Of a DNA stretch of 64,000 nt, positions 1-11,800 are shown one piece after another. The stretch is from Lama glama (taxonomy: Eukaryota), in contig CM052818.1 of the NCBI GenBank assembly GCA_028534125.1, positions 41,728,001 through 41,792,000 on the forward strand. Reading direction: 5' to 3'. Each line of letters starts with the position of its first letter. Positions within the stretch are counted from its first letter, which is position 1. The position numbers and the translations under genes are program-made. A model generated the notes under the pieces. It worked only from the letters and a program-made list of their open reading frames with translations. It was not told where the DNA came from and did no database searches.

Positions 1-1374
1 AGAGAGTCCTGAGGCTGCAGGAAAAGAGTCACTGGAACTGAGAGATTGAGTGTAAGGTTCAGTGGGGTTCTAAGACTGCTGGTCTTCTGTAGGGTGAGGA
101 GCTGGGCCCGGAAAGAAGTAGTACCCTTTCCAGTGGCAGCCATGGCCAGTCTCCAGCACCTTCAAGGGTCCTCTGTCAGAAGGTGGAGGGATGGTCTGGG
201 GTAAGGAGACAAGGGACACTAGGCTACAGGTCAGCCTTGGACAGCTGAGCAGGCTGTGCACTGAACAACGGCCCTAGCAGAGCAGGTAGGTGGTCAGTTT
301 GACCGTGGTTTTCTAATTTGTACAAATATGTGATATAGTCTAGCAGAGGCCCTGGCATGGTTGGAGGACATGGCCCACCCACACAATAAGATTTCCAGGG
401 TCCTTGCCCTCACCACACACAAAGAACCCTTTCCCTTATTTGACTCTGGTGCCCAAAATGGCAGCTCAACCCCCCTTCTGGAGTAAGACAGGAGCCCTGT
501 ATTGAAATACAAAAACCACGGTCAGTCATTGACACCTTAGCTCAACTAATTAGGGGATTACCCCGCAAGGAGCAGTGATGGTGGCTGGGGGCAGGTAGGG
601 GAAGGGGTGGTGGGAAAGTCAGCTCCAGGGAGGAGCCTAGGGCGAATGGTCTTCCCTTGTTTGTGCAACCCCACGACTTAGGAGGCACATAACATGTATT
701 AACTCTTCTTTCTCACAGCAACCCTTCAGGGAAGGTGCTATAAACCCTGTTTGATGGAAGTTCAGAGAGGCCAAGATTATACAGCTAGGAAAGGGTATGA
801 CTTGGGCTGACACTCAGATTTGTTCAGTTTCAAGGCCCATGTGCCCTGTCCTCTCTGCTGTCTGAACCTTAACTCTTCCTTCAAGACCATCTTCTTTGGA
901 AAGGCTTCTTCTCCCCCAAGTCCAGGTTGGGGCCAGCCCTCTATGCATCCAGACTTGGTGAGTGTACCATATTGTGCCACCATTGTAGGTTTCCTCCTGT
1001 GGCTCCTGGTCTCTGAGTGTGCACACCATCCCTGTGTGCTTCCAATTGACTTGTCCCCTCAGGGCAACAAAGAGAGAGTTGCACTGGGAAGTAGGGGGTG
1101 TGGGCCACCCTCAGGAAGAGAGAGTTTTCACTCTCTATTCCATGCAATTTATAAAGCAAGATTTACTTGTGTAGTTCTTGTTCAAACATGATAAAATCAG
1201 GGGGGAAATGATGTGTAGAATCAATGATAAACTCCTTCTTATTTCCAGATTTCAGGCTCCTGATCTGTCATAATGGTGACTTCATCCAAAAGTCTTTTCC
1301 AGCCAGGTGTTCAGAAATTCTGAGATCAAAACAAAGAAGGGCCTTCAATCAGGTCCAAGCATTTTTAAGGCCAA

Positions 1375-1750
1375 TGTGGCCAATTGTACTCCCACAGCCT
1401 TGTGAGGACTGTGCGCCCCCACTCACTGCCATGGTATTGATAGGACTTCCTGCAAGAGAAATATACATCTCAGGTCTATTGATATCAGACTGGATCATGT
1501 GACTTGCCCTGGCCAGTGGAACATAAGCAGAAATGATTTCTGCACATCCAACAGAGGCTGCAAGATTCACTGCATTTTCCCCTCTGCCCAAGATCAAGAT
1601 AAGGGGCTACTGTTTGAGTCACAGAATGGAAAAATACTGAATCAGAGCCTCAATGATCTGAAGGCTGAAAAAAAAAATATTTGTTGTCATCCACTGAAAT
1701 TTTGGTGGTGTTTATTCCTACAGTGTAACCTAGCAAAGCTGACTGATACA
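1375..1750 (+). mobile_element. MLT1 (ERVL-MaLR) solo LTR
   Basis: Starts TG; gatcatgtgacttgccctggccagtggaac; ends ccactgaaattttggtggtgttt...cctagcaaagctgactgataCA. Confidence 0.75.
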
Positions 1751-1989
1751 GGTTTGACTCACATCACTTAAAGGAAATGCAATTGATGTGAAAATAAAAC
1801 GTGGTCATCTTGTGAACTTTTAGAGTAACATTAAGGTGAGGATATAATAATATGATCCATCCAATCCTTCAGTCGACCAGTAGAATTTGTTCCATGCTTT
1901 GCCCGGCACTGCGGGTACAGATACGAAAAGGGCACCCTGCCCCATCTTGTGTCTCCCAATCTGAGAGTTATGACAAATCATTTGAAAAA

Positions 1990-2160
1990 TCAATTCCAGA
2001 AATATGCATTAAGTGTTTACTATGTGCCGAACATCGTTTTAGGTGTTGGAGCTACAGCAGTGAACAAAGCAAATTGTCTGCCCTCCCGGAGGTTATGTTT
2101 CAGGGAAACTTCCACTCAGGGAGGCCCGTTTGGGAGGTGATGATCACTAGGTGCTGAGTA
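1990..2160 (-). mobile_element. L2 3' fragment
   Basis: aaatatgcattaagtgtttactatgtgccg...gttttaggtgttggagctacagcagtgaacaa...ctgccctc. Confidence 0.75.
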
Positions 2161-2334
2161 GGGTCTAAGCCAGAAGTCACAGTCCTCTCACCTCCCTAAA
2201 GAAATAAATAGGAGCATCTCAAGAGTTGAGGACATTATTCCAGGTTAAGGTGACAGCTGCACACCTGCTGAAGGGAATTGCCCCCCCTCAAGTCACACGG
2301 TCTCTGAATAAACCCTCCCACATGCACGGCATTT

Positions 2335-2525
2335 CAGAGTTTACAGATTGCTTTGGCCTTTGTCGTTTGTTTTGATTCTCTCAACACCCTCTCCAGGTAG
2401 ACAAGTCTCCTTATCATCTCCATTTTGCAGAATAGGAAACTGAGGCTCAGAGAGGGAAAGGGGTAAGTTCAAGTTCCACTGGCCAATTAGAAACAAGTCC
2501 GGCGGGGGTCCTGATTCTCAGCCCA
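2335..2525 (-). mobile_element. MIR SINE
   Basis: catctccattttgcagaataggaaactgaggctcagagaggg core. Confidence 0.75.
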
Positions 2526-2819
2526 ACACCATTTGCGTGTTATCTTCTTAATGGTGCAAATATTTCTGTGAGACTATGACATGTGTTTCTGAGCAGTTTT
2601 CACTGACACATGAAAGATTTCAGAGGAAGTCCTGGAGCAAATTGTTCCTTCTTTCCTCCTGTGCCACTTACAATCTTCTCAGTTACAATGTGAAGATCAC
2701 CTTCAAATGAAGTGTCAACCTCTAACCAAGCCACAGTCAGCTCAGGTCTCCTTCCCCGGCGTGGGAATTCTATCCCAAGCTCAGAGTGAGAGAACTCACG
2801 TCCACCCAGAAGCACCAGA

Positions 2820-3030
2820 ATGAGCACAGGCTTTGGAGCAAGACCCGTGGGCTGGAACAGCAGCTTCACGACTTCATGGCTGTAAGACCTCGGGCAAGTC
2901 GCTTTCCCTCTCTGAGTCTCAACTGCTCTCCATTTGCAAGAGGAATGGCAATGCCTATAATTGGTGTGTAAATGAAATGAGACTTTATAAGGGACGTTCT
3001 GATCTATAGCAAGCCCACACTAGGTGCCCC
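2820..3030 (+). mobile_element. MIR SINE
   Basis: gagcacaggctttggagc...gacctcgggcaagtcgctttccctctctgagtctc... Confidence 0.75.
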
Positions 3031-3149
3031 ATGGAAAACTGTAACCACATGATCAGAGTGTGCTCTCAAGGCCTTTTAAATAACATTTTTTAATCTTTTG
3101 AACAACACTAAAATAAAGCTATTGCCATTTTATAGAGAGACGGTAAGTT

Positions 3150-3430
3150 TTAGGGGCAAAATGCTATGTTTGCAACTTATCTCCAAATAGTTTAGTAAAA
3201 AGAAAATGTATGCATATAAAAGCAGGCACTCACATCATATATAGAGGTATACATACATACATATACACGTATTAGAGAGAGAGAGAGAGAAAGAGGGGGG
3301 GAAGAGGGAAATTGAGAAATAAACATGGAAAGATGTTAACAGTTGCTGAATGCAGATACAGGATATGCAAGTTTCATTGTATATTCTTCCAGCTATGATG
3401 TAGTATAAAATTTTTTAGAATTAAAAACTC
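3150..3430 (+). mobile_element. Ancient L1M (L1MD/ME-like) 3'UTR fragment
   Basis: tgcaacttatctccaaatagtt...gatgttaacagttgctgaat...ttcattgtatattcttccagct...aaaattttttagaattaaaaa is a typical old L1M 3' end. Confidence 0.7.
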
Positions 3431-4849
3431 AGGGAGAAAAAAATCCCAATTTGAACAATAAACAATAGGACCACGGGCCCTTCCCAGGCTTCCCGCCGGG
3501 TGTGAGCTCCCTGCACAGCTGTTCCCTCTGCTGGAACACCTCCCCATCTTGCCCAGCCAAGGAGCCCACCTCTCAACTCTAAGCTCCAAGGTCATCTCCC
3601 TCTCCTGGGAAGCCCCTCTGACCCGAGCAAGGCCTGACCCTGAGCCCCACGGCCCCCTCACTCGCTTGCTGGATTGCATGGGTCGTCTCTGAGATCCCCC
3701 TTCTCCAGACTAACATCCTGAGAGCCGCGGCCACCTCGTTCCTCCCCGCATCCCCACCGCTGAACCCAGTCCTCCAGCAGGCTCCCCAAAGAAGGCTAGT
3801 TGACAAGTGAATCAGTGAATTCTACCTCCGGTCCTGATTCCCAAAACCTTTCTCCCAGGCAATGACGGAGAGTCAACCTCTTCATCCCAACTCCAAGTGT
3901 GGATAAGAGGAGAGGAATTGGTGGCACCTGCAGGATAGCTCTTGGGTAGAATGAAAGGGCCCCTCCATCACGGGTTCAAATCCTTATCCCACCTCTTGCT
4001 GGCCCAGTGTAAACAGATGCCCGTCACTCAACGTCTCTCTCGCACAGTCTCCCCTCACTAAAGAGGGAGATGACACATCCTTGACTTGCATACTATCATG
4101 AACTTAGAAGACGATGCAGATTAAGTTCCTGGTTCACAGTAATGTTCAGTAGATAGTGGGGTGGGTGTCATCTGGCACAGAAGAGATGTTTGAGGGACAT
4201 GTTTGGGCTCCCCCCACAGAAGATACTGGGAGCACTGGCCAGGTTGGGCAGGGTTGCTGGGTTCTTCCAGTACACAAGGAGGGGCTGAAGACACGTGCCG
4301 GGGCTGCACAGCTGGGTGTGTATGCACGTGCATGCATGGATGTGCCTGTGTGTGTACACGTGGACATGAATGAGGGGGAGGGGAGAGCCACCATCTTTCT
4401 CTGACAAGCCGTGGAAGGTCGACTGGGTCAACCCAACCCACCCTAACCACCTGCCAGGAGGCTCGCTGGCTCCCAACAGGGTTATAAATCATCGATATTG
4501 TTGTGATTTTGAGGCGCGGTTGCGTGCTTGAAGTGGAATTTGAAGCAGAAAGAAATGGGCAGATTAATGGAGCTTGAAGAAAGCTAAGTATCACTTTGCC
4601 TCTCCCGCCAGAGCGTACAGTCAGCTGGCAGCCAAGCAACCTTTGAAAAACATGGCCCTCAATTAAAAGCGTTTTCTCATTTGTGCTTCATGCTGGTGCT
4701 CACTTTAATTAATTGCAGGGACATCTGAATCCACCCACCAGTGTTCCATCTTGCAGCATGGTCCCCGAATGTCCAGGTCTCTCCCAGCGTGGATCCAAGT
4801 GCTTCCAACGGCATCAAAGTCCCACCTGTGGGTCCCGCCCACCTCCTGT

Positions 4850-5165
4850 CAGTCTCACACACAATGCTCTTCCTTGCCCCTTGCCTCTTGTCTCTTGCAC
4901 ATGCTGTTCCCTCTGCCTGGGATATCACTCACTTCCCTTCTCCTCCAGGAACATTTCTGCTCGTCCTCTGCTCTGTGAAGCTGTCCCAACACCCCCAGAG
5001 GGGGTGAGTTAGATGCTCCCTCCTTTCCGTTCTCCCGTGGCCTGTGTTACCCAAGCACTCTGCCCTCATCTAAACCCTGAGATCCAGGAGAGCAGGGGCT
5101 ATGTCATCTGCGTGCCCTGAAAATAACTGCTAGTTAGTAAATGTTTGCTGACTGACTGAGTGATC
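4850..5165 (+). mobile_element. L2 3' fragment
   Basis: ttgcacatgctgttccctctgcctgg...gtaaatgtttgctgactgactga. Confidence 0.75.
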
Positions 5166-5849
5166 AACAGAGATGCATGGTCTCCAAGCTGACAGGTTAC
5201 GAGATCTCAAATAAGTCTGTCCAAAGTTTTCTAAGCCTGAGAAATACCGGTGAAACATACTTTTCTAACTTTCTCCCAAAACTGTTTTGTCTTGGATTTC
5301 TAAGCCCTGCCCCCCCTCCCAGTCCACCGCAGAGCCACCCTGACATTGCTCTCACCTCTGTTCTCCACTTTTTGTCTGAACCCCAGGCTTTCAAAACATG
5401 TCTGGTAAACATTCAGGCTGCTTCATTCCTCCTCCACTGCCGACCTCAGCTTGCTCTCCTCCTGAAGGAAGGAAGGCCAAATCAGGGCAGGACTGGAAAG
5501 CCAAACTCAGAATCTCAAATGAGCTCAGAAAGCAAGAAAGCCAAGGCAGGGCTGCAGACTAAGGAGATGAGGACTCCTGTGAGGACTGGGCATGTGCTGG
5601 AGAAGAGGCAGTTCAGGGCCAGCCAGACATCAGTCTCCAAACATCAGAAAGGCTGGTGTCTTGAGAGTGAGCCTGGATTCCGCCCAGGCACCCAGGGTAC
5701 GAATTGTAGGTTAAGGGTGTGCGTCCCTCTTTTCCGGAGACAGGCCCAGTTTATGCCTGTCACCTGAACATAATTGTTATAAGAGACTCTACTCCCTCTC
5801 AACAGCATCCTGGTTTGGATAATAATAATAATTATATGATCCAGTTAGT

Positions 5850-6200
5850 TATAGGGAGATCTTTTCCAGTTCAGTAAAAGCAGAGCTTTCTAGGAACCAG
5901 AGCTGTTGAAGGATCAATAAATTGGGCTCTGGTCTTAGTCCCCCAGGAGAAGAAACTGTGACATATTCATCTCTATGGCCCAGCACTGAGCACAAGGCCT
6001 GACACTCAGATGGGGACTATCCATGTTTGTCAAGTGAATAAATGACCTATTGCCCTCAAAGGGAAGAAATTCCCCATCACCAGGAATATCACCAACCTGG
6101 ACAACCACCAGTCAGGCAGGCTTGTGGATTTGAGCATCACAAAGGAAGTTTGACCAGAAGAACTTTCAGGCTCTCCTTTCCAGCCCAGAGGTTATATAGA
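5850..6200 (+). mobile_element. L3/CR1 3' fragment split by an L2 tail (~5945-6045)
   Basis: agagctttctaggaaccagagctgttgaagg and aattccccatcaccaggaatatc...ctggacaaccacc...ctttccagccc flank an L2 3' end (cagcactgagcacaaggcctgacac...gtttgtcaagtgaataaatga). Confidence 0.55.
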
Positions 6201-6204
6201 AGTC

Positions 6205-7245
6205 CAGAGCAATGATTAAGAGCAACGAACTTTGGAAGCAGACAGGTCAGGCTGGACTCCTGGTCCATCACTTACCAGCTGTAAAACCTCAAGTGAGTCA
6301 CTTAACCTAACTGTGCCTCAGTTTTCTGATCAGTAAACTGGGTATAAGAATATCAGCTTCACTCATACAACTCAGCAACACAAAAGCAAACAGCCCAATA
6401 TAAAAAATGGGCAGAAGACCTAAATAGAGATTTCTCCAAAGATGACATATAGATGGCCAATAGGCACATGGAAAGATGTTCAATATTGCTAATTTATCAG
6501 AGAAATACAAATCAAAACTACAATGAGGTACCACCTCATACAGGTCAGAATGGCCATCATTAAGAAGTTCACAAACAATAAATGCTGGAAAGGGTGTGGA
6601 GAAAAGGGAACACTCCTACACTGTTGGTGGGAATGTAGTTTGGTGCAGCCATTATGGAAAACAGGATGGAGATTCCTCAAAAAACTAAAATAGACTTACC
6701 CTGTGATCCAGCAGTCCCACTCCTGGGCATATATCCAGAGGGAACTCTAATTCAAAAAGATACATGCATTCCAATGTTCATAGCAGCATTATTTACTATA
6801 GCCAAGACATGGAAGCAACTTAAATGTCCATTCACGGATGATTGGATAAAGAAGATGTGGTGTTTATATATACAGTGGAATACTACTCAGCCAGGAGAAG
6901 AATGAAATAATGCCATTTGCAGCAACATGGGTGGACCTAGAGATCATCATCCCAAGGGAAGACAGTCAGACAAAGAAAGACAAATACATGATATCATTAA
7001 TATGTGGAATCTTAAATAATAATAGAAATAAACTTATTTACAAAAGACAAACAGACTCACAGGTATAAAAAACAAAACTATGGTTACCAAAGGGGAAAGT
7101 AGGGGAGGGATAAATTAGGAGCTTGGGATTGGCAGATATAAACTACTACTATAAAATGGCTAACCAGCAAGGTCCTACCGTACAGCACAGGGAACTATAT
7201 TCAATAGCTTGTAATGACCTATAATGAAAAAGAATGTGAAAAAGA

Positions 7246-7276
<31 letters not shown>

Positions 7277-7450
7277 TGAATCACTATGCTGTATACCGGA
7301 AACTAACACAGCATTGTAAATCAATTATTCGATTAAAAAAATTTTTTTTAAGGATAGCAGCTTCAGAGTGTGTCTGAAAGAATTTTTTTAAGTTCATATA
7401 TATGAAATGCTTGGCCCACAGTAGGCACTTTATAACTGTTTTCCATCATT
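6205..7450 (+). mobile_element. MIR split by the L1 insertion (halves ~6205-6361 and ~7349-7450)
   Basis: attaagagc...cacttaccagctgt...gtgcctcagttttctgatcagtaaa, resuming after the L1 with aaatgcttggcccacagtaggcac. Confidence 0.8.
6362..7348 (+). mobile_element. 5'-truncated LINE-1 (ORF2 C-terminus + 3'UTR), Cetartiodactyla type
   Basis: ORF2 C-terminal peptide ([18 protein letters not shown]...PMFIAALFTIAKTWKQLKCP), typical L1 3'UTR with a (TA)n tract, A/T tail, and 17-bp TSD 6345-6361 / 7349-7365 with 2 mismatches. Confidence 0.95.
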
Positions 7451-8959
7451 TCTATGATGACGGTGTTGGTGCTAACCTTGGGCTTCGCCCTGTCAACAAG
7501 GGGGACGTTACTAAGAGTGTTGGATGGAGAATCACACCATCACAGGGGTGCCTGGAGAAACTTAATCAGATGGTCAGCCCCATAACCAAGATTAGGAGAA
7601 AGAAAATCTTTCCAACCCTCTTTGAATTTCAGTTATGCATACGTTTTCTTTGAACTGGTTATTCAACTCTTTCTCTTGGAGAGAGAAGAAAGTAAGTGAT
7701 GTGAAACTCAAATCTCATTTACAACTTAATTTTAAAACGGTGGAGATTTGCAATATAGAAAACGCGAGGGAGCAGGGAATAAACTTTAGAGTAATTGCTC
7801 CATCGTCTTTTAAACAGAAGGCATTGCACTGCTATTTTTGTTGATGGTATTCAAATGAGAGGACACCCCAGCAGCAGGGGAATCTACCAGCTCACTGATG
7901 CCAGGGCCCTCGCTTGACTGAGGAAGAAACCAGCAGCCAGAGAGAAAAGGTTCTGTCTCCCACCTCACAGAGAGTCTGGGCCAAGACCAGAATCAGGTTG
8001 CAGGTCCCCAGGCTCCTTGGACAGGCCTCTGCAGAATGCAGAGAAGCATCAGAGTCAAATAATAGCCTGAAACACAGCCTCACTAGCCCACGGTAGAAGA
8101 AGACAAGGGGAGATAATCTCTGAGCATTTACTAAAAAGCAAAGACATCCTTCAAGAAACACCCTTAGTGAAAGGCTGTTGCCTTCCCAGGAGTGAGACCA
8201 CAGGCCAAAACTAGCCACTATGCATTGATTGGTTCTTAAAGTTTATGATCCTGCAAGGTCACGTGGAATTTTTATGTCTGTTATGTAGACAGGTACATTG
8301 AAGTTGGAGCACCCTCTGTTTCTAAATTCAGAAATTCCCAGGGATCTAACACCCATTTCTCCAGGCACAAGAACACCGAGATGGGAGGGCTGTGTGGTCC
8401 TGAGATGCTGGGCACCAGGCAGCCCAGATACAACCCATGGTTCTGGGGCTTTAAAGCCCTGGTTTTCAAACTGTGCTCCATCCACATCAGAGATGGGGCC
8501 GGGGGGATATTGTCCCCACCCCAGCTCTGACTCTAATCAAAGTGGCCCCACTGTTAACTGGTTTATATTTTGAGGATTTGGTGTAAGATTTTATTGCAGC
8601 AAAGCACTCAGATGTTTTCAAAACCTCTGCCTGAGAGCAGTCATACGAGCTATCTACAAGGTCTTTGCTGCCAGTTAAGTGGGTGTGGTGGTTTCTACAA
8701 AGTCTGGCTGGGAGCTCTAAGGAGTTCTTCAAAGGGTCAAAGGATGCCTTCTGCATGGGCCCCCACCTGATGCCCCACCTGCATGTGCACCCACCAAGGC
8801 AGCCCCCAGAGGCTCGGGGCTCAGGAGCGCTGAAAAATCAGACAGCCAAAACATAGGCAGAAGCAAGGACAAGGGGGCTTCTGCTGGATCACCAGTGACT
8901 GGGCCGGCTGGAATACAGTCCATCTTGATGCCCTTTGCCAGCTACTCTGCTCACCCAGC

Positions 8960-10600
8960 GGCCGCCAGGGCCATACCGATTAACCCTTCGCAGCCACTCC
9001 ACTCGGAACATGCATGTGCTCTGTTCTTTTTTTTTGCTGATTTAATTAACATAATATAATGGAAATAAAATAATTGAAGGGGCTGCCACTTCAGAAAAGA
9101 TCATCGCGGGGCTGCTGGGGAAGCATTGTTGCACGGTTTCCAGGCAACGCCGGGAGGCCCCAGCGGGGCTGGCGGTCCCCGAAGCAGCCAGCTGGCCGGG
9201 CCTCAGCCCGCAGTCCCAGCCAAGGCCGCCCAGGCCCGGACACACGGGCCTGCAGGCACAGGCGGTATTTCAAGCCTGCCTTCTCCACGTCTGTGTGCCT
9301 TTGTGCCTCAAGACGCAATTCCACAGTTTGGAATAACTGAGAAAAATCAAACAGAAGAAATAAACAGGTAAGAAAGTCAACCATAAGCATTGCACCAAAA
9401 AAAAATTAATAATAGTTATTTGTAAGCTCAGGATCAGCCCTGCTTTCTGAAGTTGCTCTGCAACCCCAAATTAGTTATGCAGACGTGGCTGCAAATGGAC
9501 CCTCTGGGCACTTATTTCCAAATGATAGTTTTGAGCTGGAGGAGGCCCAGGTTCCTCCCAAGGATCTGTCCCTAATTGCTGGGAGACCTCGGACCGGTCC
9601 CTTTCCTCTTCGTACCTCAGTTCTTTCCCTCCCTCCATCATTGCCAGGAGGAGTAACCCCAGTGTGGGGGAAGCACGGAGGAGAAGCCATGGCGGGGGGG
9701 TGGGGGTGACTTTATCAGTTGATGACAGCTCGCAAACGAAGCGCAGATGCTGATCCCCTCTGCGTGCAGTTCTGTTCCCCGGGGCTGCGCCTCTGTGTGA
9801 TGCTGCAGGACGCGGGCTAAGTGCTGCGGCGACCTGCTCGCGGAGCTCCCAGCCGGGGTTCTGCAGCGCCCAGCCAGCGCCGGGCAGCCGCCTCTGGAGG
9901 AAGGGGAGGCGACAGGACAGCGGATGACAAAAGAGATTGACATTCGCTTGGCAACCTGCACAGACACATTCCTGGCTTCACCGCACAGAGCTGCAAATCC
10001 TCCTTTACAGATACCTCTAAAAATGATGCAGCCCCAAGGAAAAACCATTATTGCACGATTTAGCCTGGTGGAGGAGCAGTTTTATGCCGGTGACGCCAAA
10101 TTACAGGCATGCTGTAAAATTAAATACTATGGTTTTATCCGATTTTGCCAAGTCACAAAGCAGAAGAAGAAAAAACAAAACTGCAGAATCTCTGCTCACA
10201 CAGGAAGAGTTTGGGGGCGTGTTGGCGGGGGTGGTGCTGGTTGGTCTCCTTCCGTGACAGAAACGCAAGGCAATGGGAACTAATTGTGGAAGATTTTAAT
10301 TGCTCTGTACCTTGTTAATGTTCCTTCCATATTGATTCCTATTAATTAATCCAGTGTAATGGAAAAGTCAATTATGCTATATTAATGCCACTTGTTGTAG
10401 AAGAGACTAAATTAATGAATGCAAATGGAGAACAGATCCGTTATGACAAACATTTGATGTGTTCCTGTGTCAGCCTCCAAGATTAATTTGGCTTGAGGTA
10501 TCCAAACCATAGCCCACCTCCCCGTGGGAAAGAAGAAGCCAATTACAGATTGGAAAGAAGTGTGACAATCAGACGCTCATTTAAAAAAAAAAAAAGACAA
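8960..10600. promoter_or_regulatory. Candidate conserved non-coding enhancer cluster
   Basis: No repeat recognised, CpG-retaining patches, many TAAT/ATTA motifs, octamer at 10419-10426, RFX-like site at 9136-9148. Confidence 0.45.
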
Positions 10601-11059
10601 TGAAGTTAAAAAAATTTGATGCTTCATGAATTTGACCACTTCAAATCTCCCTCCCCCCAACTACCATCAGATGCTTTTGATGCTCTGGAAGGAGCTCACT
10701 GGACCAGGAGTCAGGAGACTCGAACCCTGGTTCTGACCCCAACACAAACTCAGAACTTGTGTCTCCTCCCAGAACTCTCTGCTGAGCTCTAAATCCAGCT
10801 ATCTCTTCATTCTTTCAACAAACACTCTTGGGTCCCATCCTGGGAATGAGGTTCAGATGTTATTCCCAGTTCTTCCTCAATATCTCCACCTGGATGTACC
10901 GCAGGCATAGTCAGTGCCATTCATCACACCCTCGGAGCTCCCTGAGCCAAGCCAGAAACCTACAAGCCATCCTGTGGTCCTTGGTCCCTCCCCCAGCCTT
11001 CCTTACCCCACCCAACCCAAAGACATTAGGTCCAGTAAAAGCCAGCAGCTAGATATTAA

Positions 11060-11800
11060 ATCACAACATTCATGAAATAAAAAATAAATAAATTTAAAAC
11101 TGTGAAAATTTTTAAAGCAACTATAAAGAGTTTGCATGCTTAAAACATAAATTCTTTTTCTAAGTCTATAAGGAAAATAATCTCATAAAAACTGGGCAAA
11201 GGAAATGAACAATTTCAGGAGAAATGCGTAAGACAAATAGACACCTAAATTTTTTTTTCTTCAACTATCAAGGAAAATCGAATTAATGTAGCTAACCTTT
11301 TTATTTTTCTTTCAAAATGCCAGAGTTTTTTCCCCAAATGATCATTCTCATTGTCCATGAGGGTTGTGAGACTGGCATTCTGGTGTCCTAAGGGTAGGAA
11401 GTATAAAATGTGCACAACACTTTGGGAAAACAATTTAACAAGTATCAGGAGATTTTAAAATGCCCATGCCTTTTTGTCCAAGAATTTTCCTTCTAAGAAT
11501 CAACTCTATGGAAATACTGAGAGATGTACATCAAAGACATATGCATAGGGTGTCTATTACCATTTTATTTTTAGTATTAAAAAATGAAAACAACTTACAG
11601 ATCCAAAAATAAGGAAATGGTAAACACATTTTGATGTATCTTTTGGATGGACTATTCTACAGTCACAAAAATGTTCGTGGAGGATTTGTTGATGGTACCT
11701 GAAGATGTTCACGATGTAAAGCTGAATGAAAAAAGAGGCTAGAAAATTGAATACAGAAGGATCCTAATTTGGTTTTGCCTTTTAAATTTGTACTTGAGGT
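11060..11800 (+). mobile_element. Ancient L1ME-like fragment
   Basis: AT-rich; aaaaactgggcaaaggaaatgaac, aacactttgggaaaacaattta, ccttctaagaatcaactctatggaaata and aaaacaacttacagatcca are degenerate L1 ORF2-end motifs. Confidence 0.75.

Noticed and set aside
587..614. G-quadruplex motif
   Set aside because: Matches the pattern, but such motifs are common in GC-rich mammalian DNA and there is no functional context.
5177..5767. 196-aa ORF
   Set aside because: No recognisable domain or homology; consistent with a chance ORF in GC-rich DNA.
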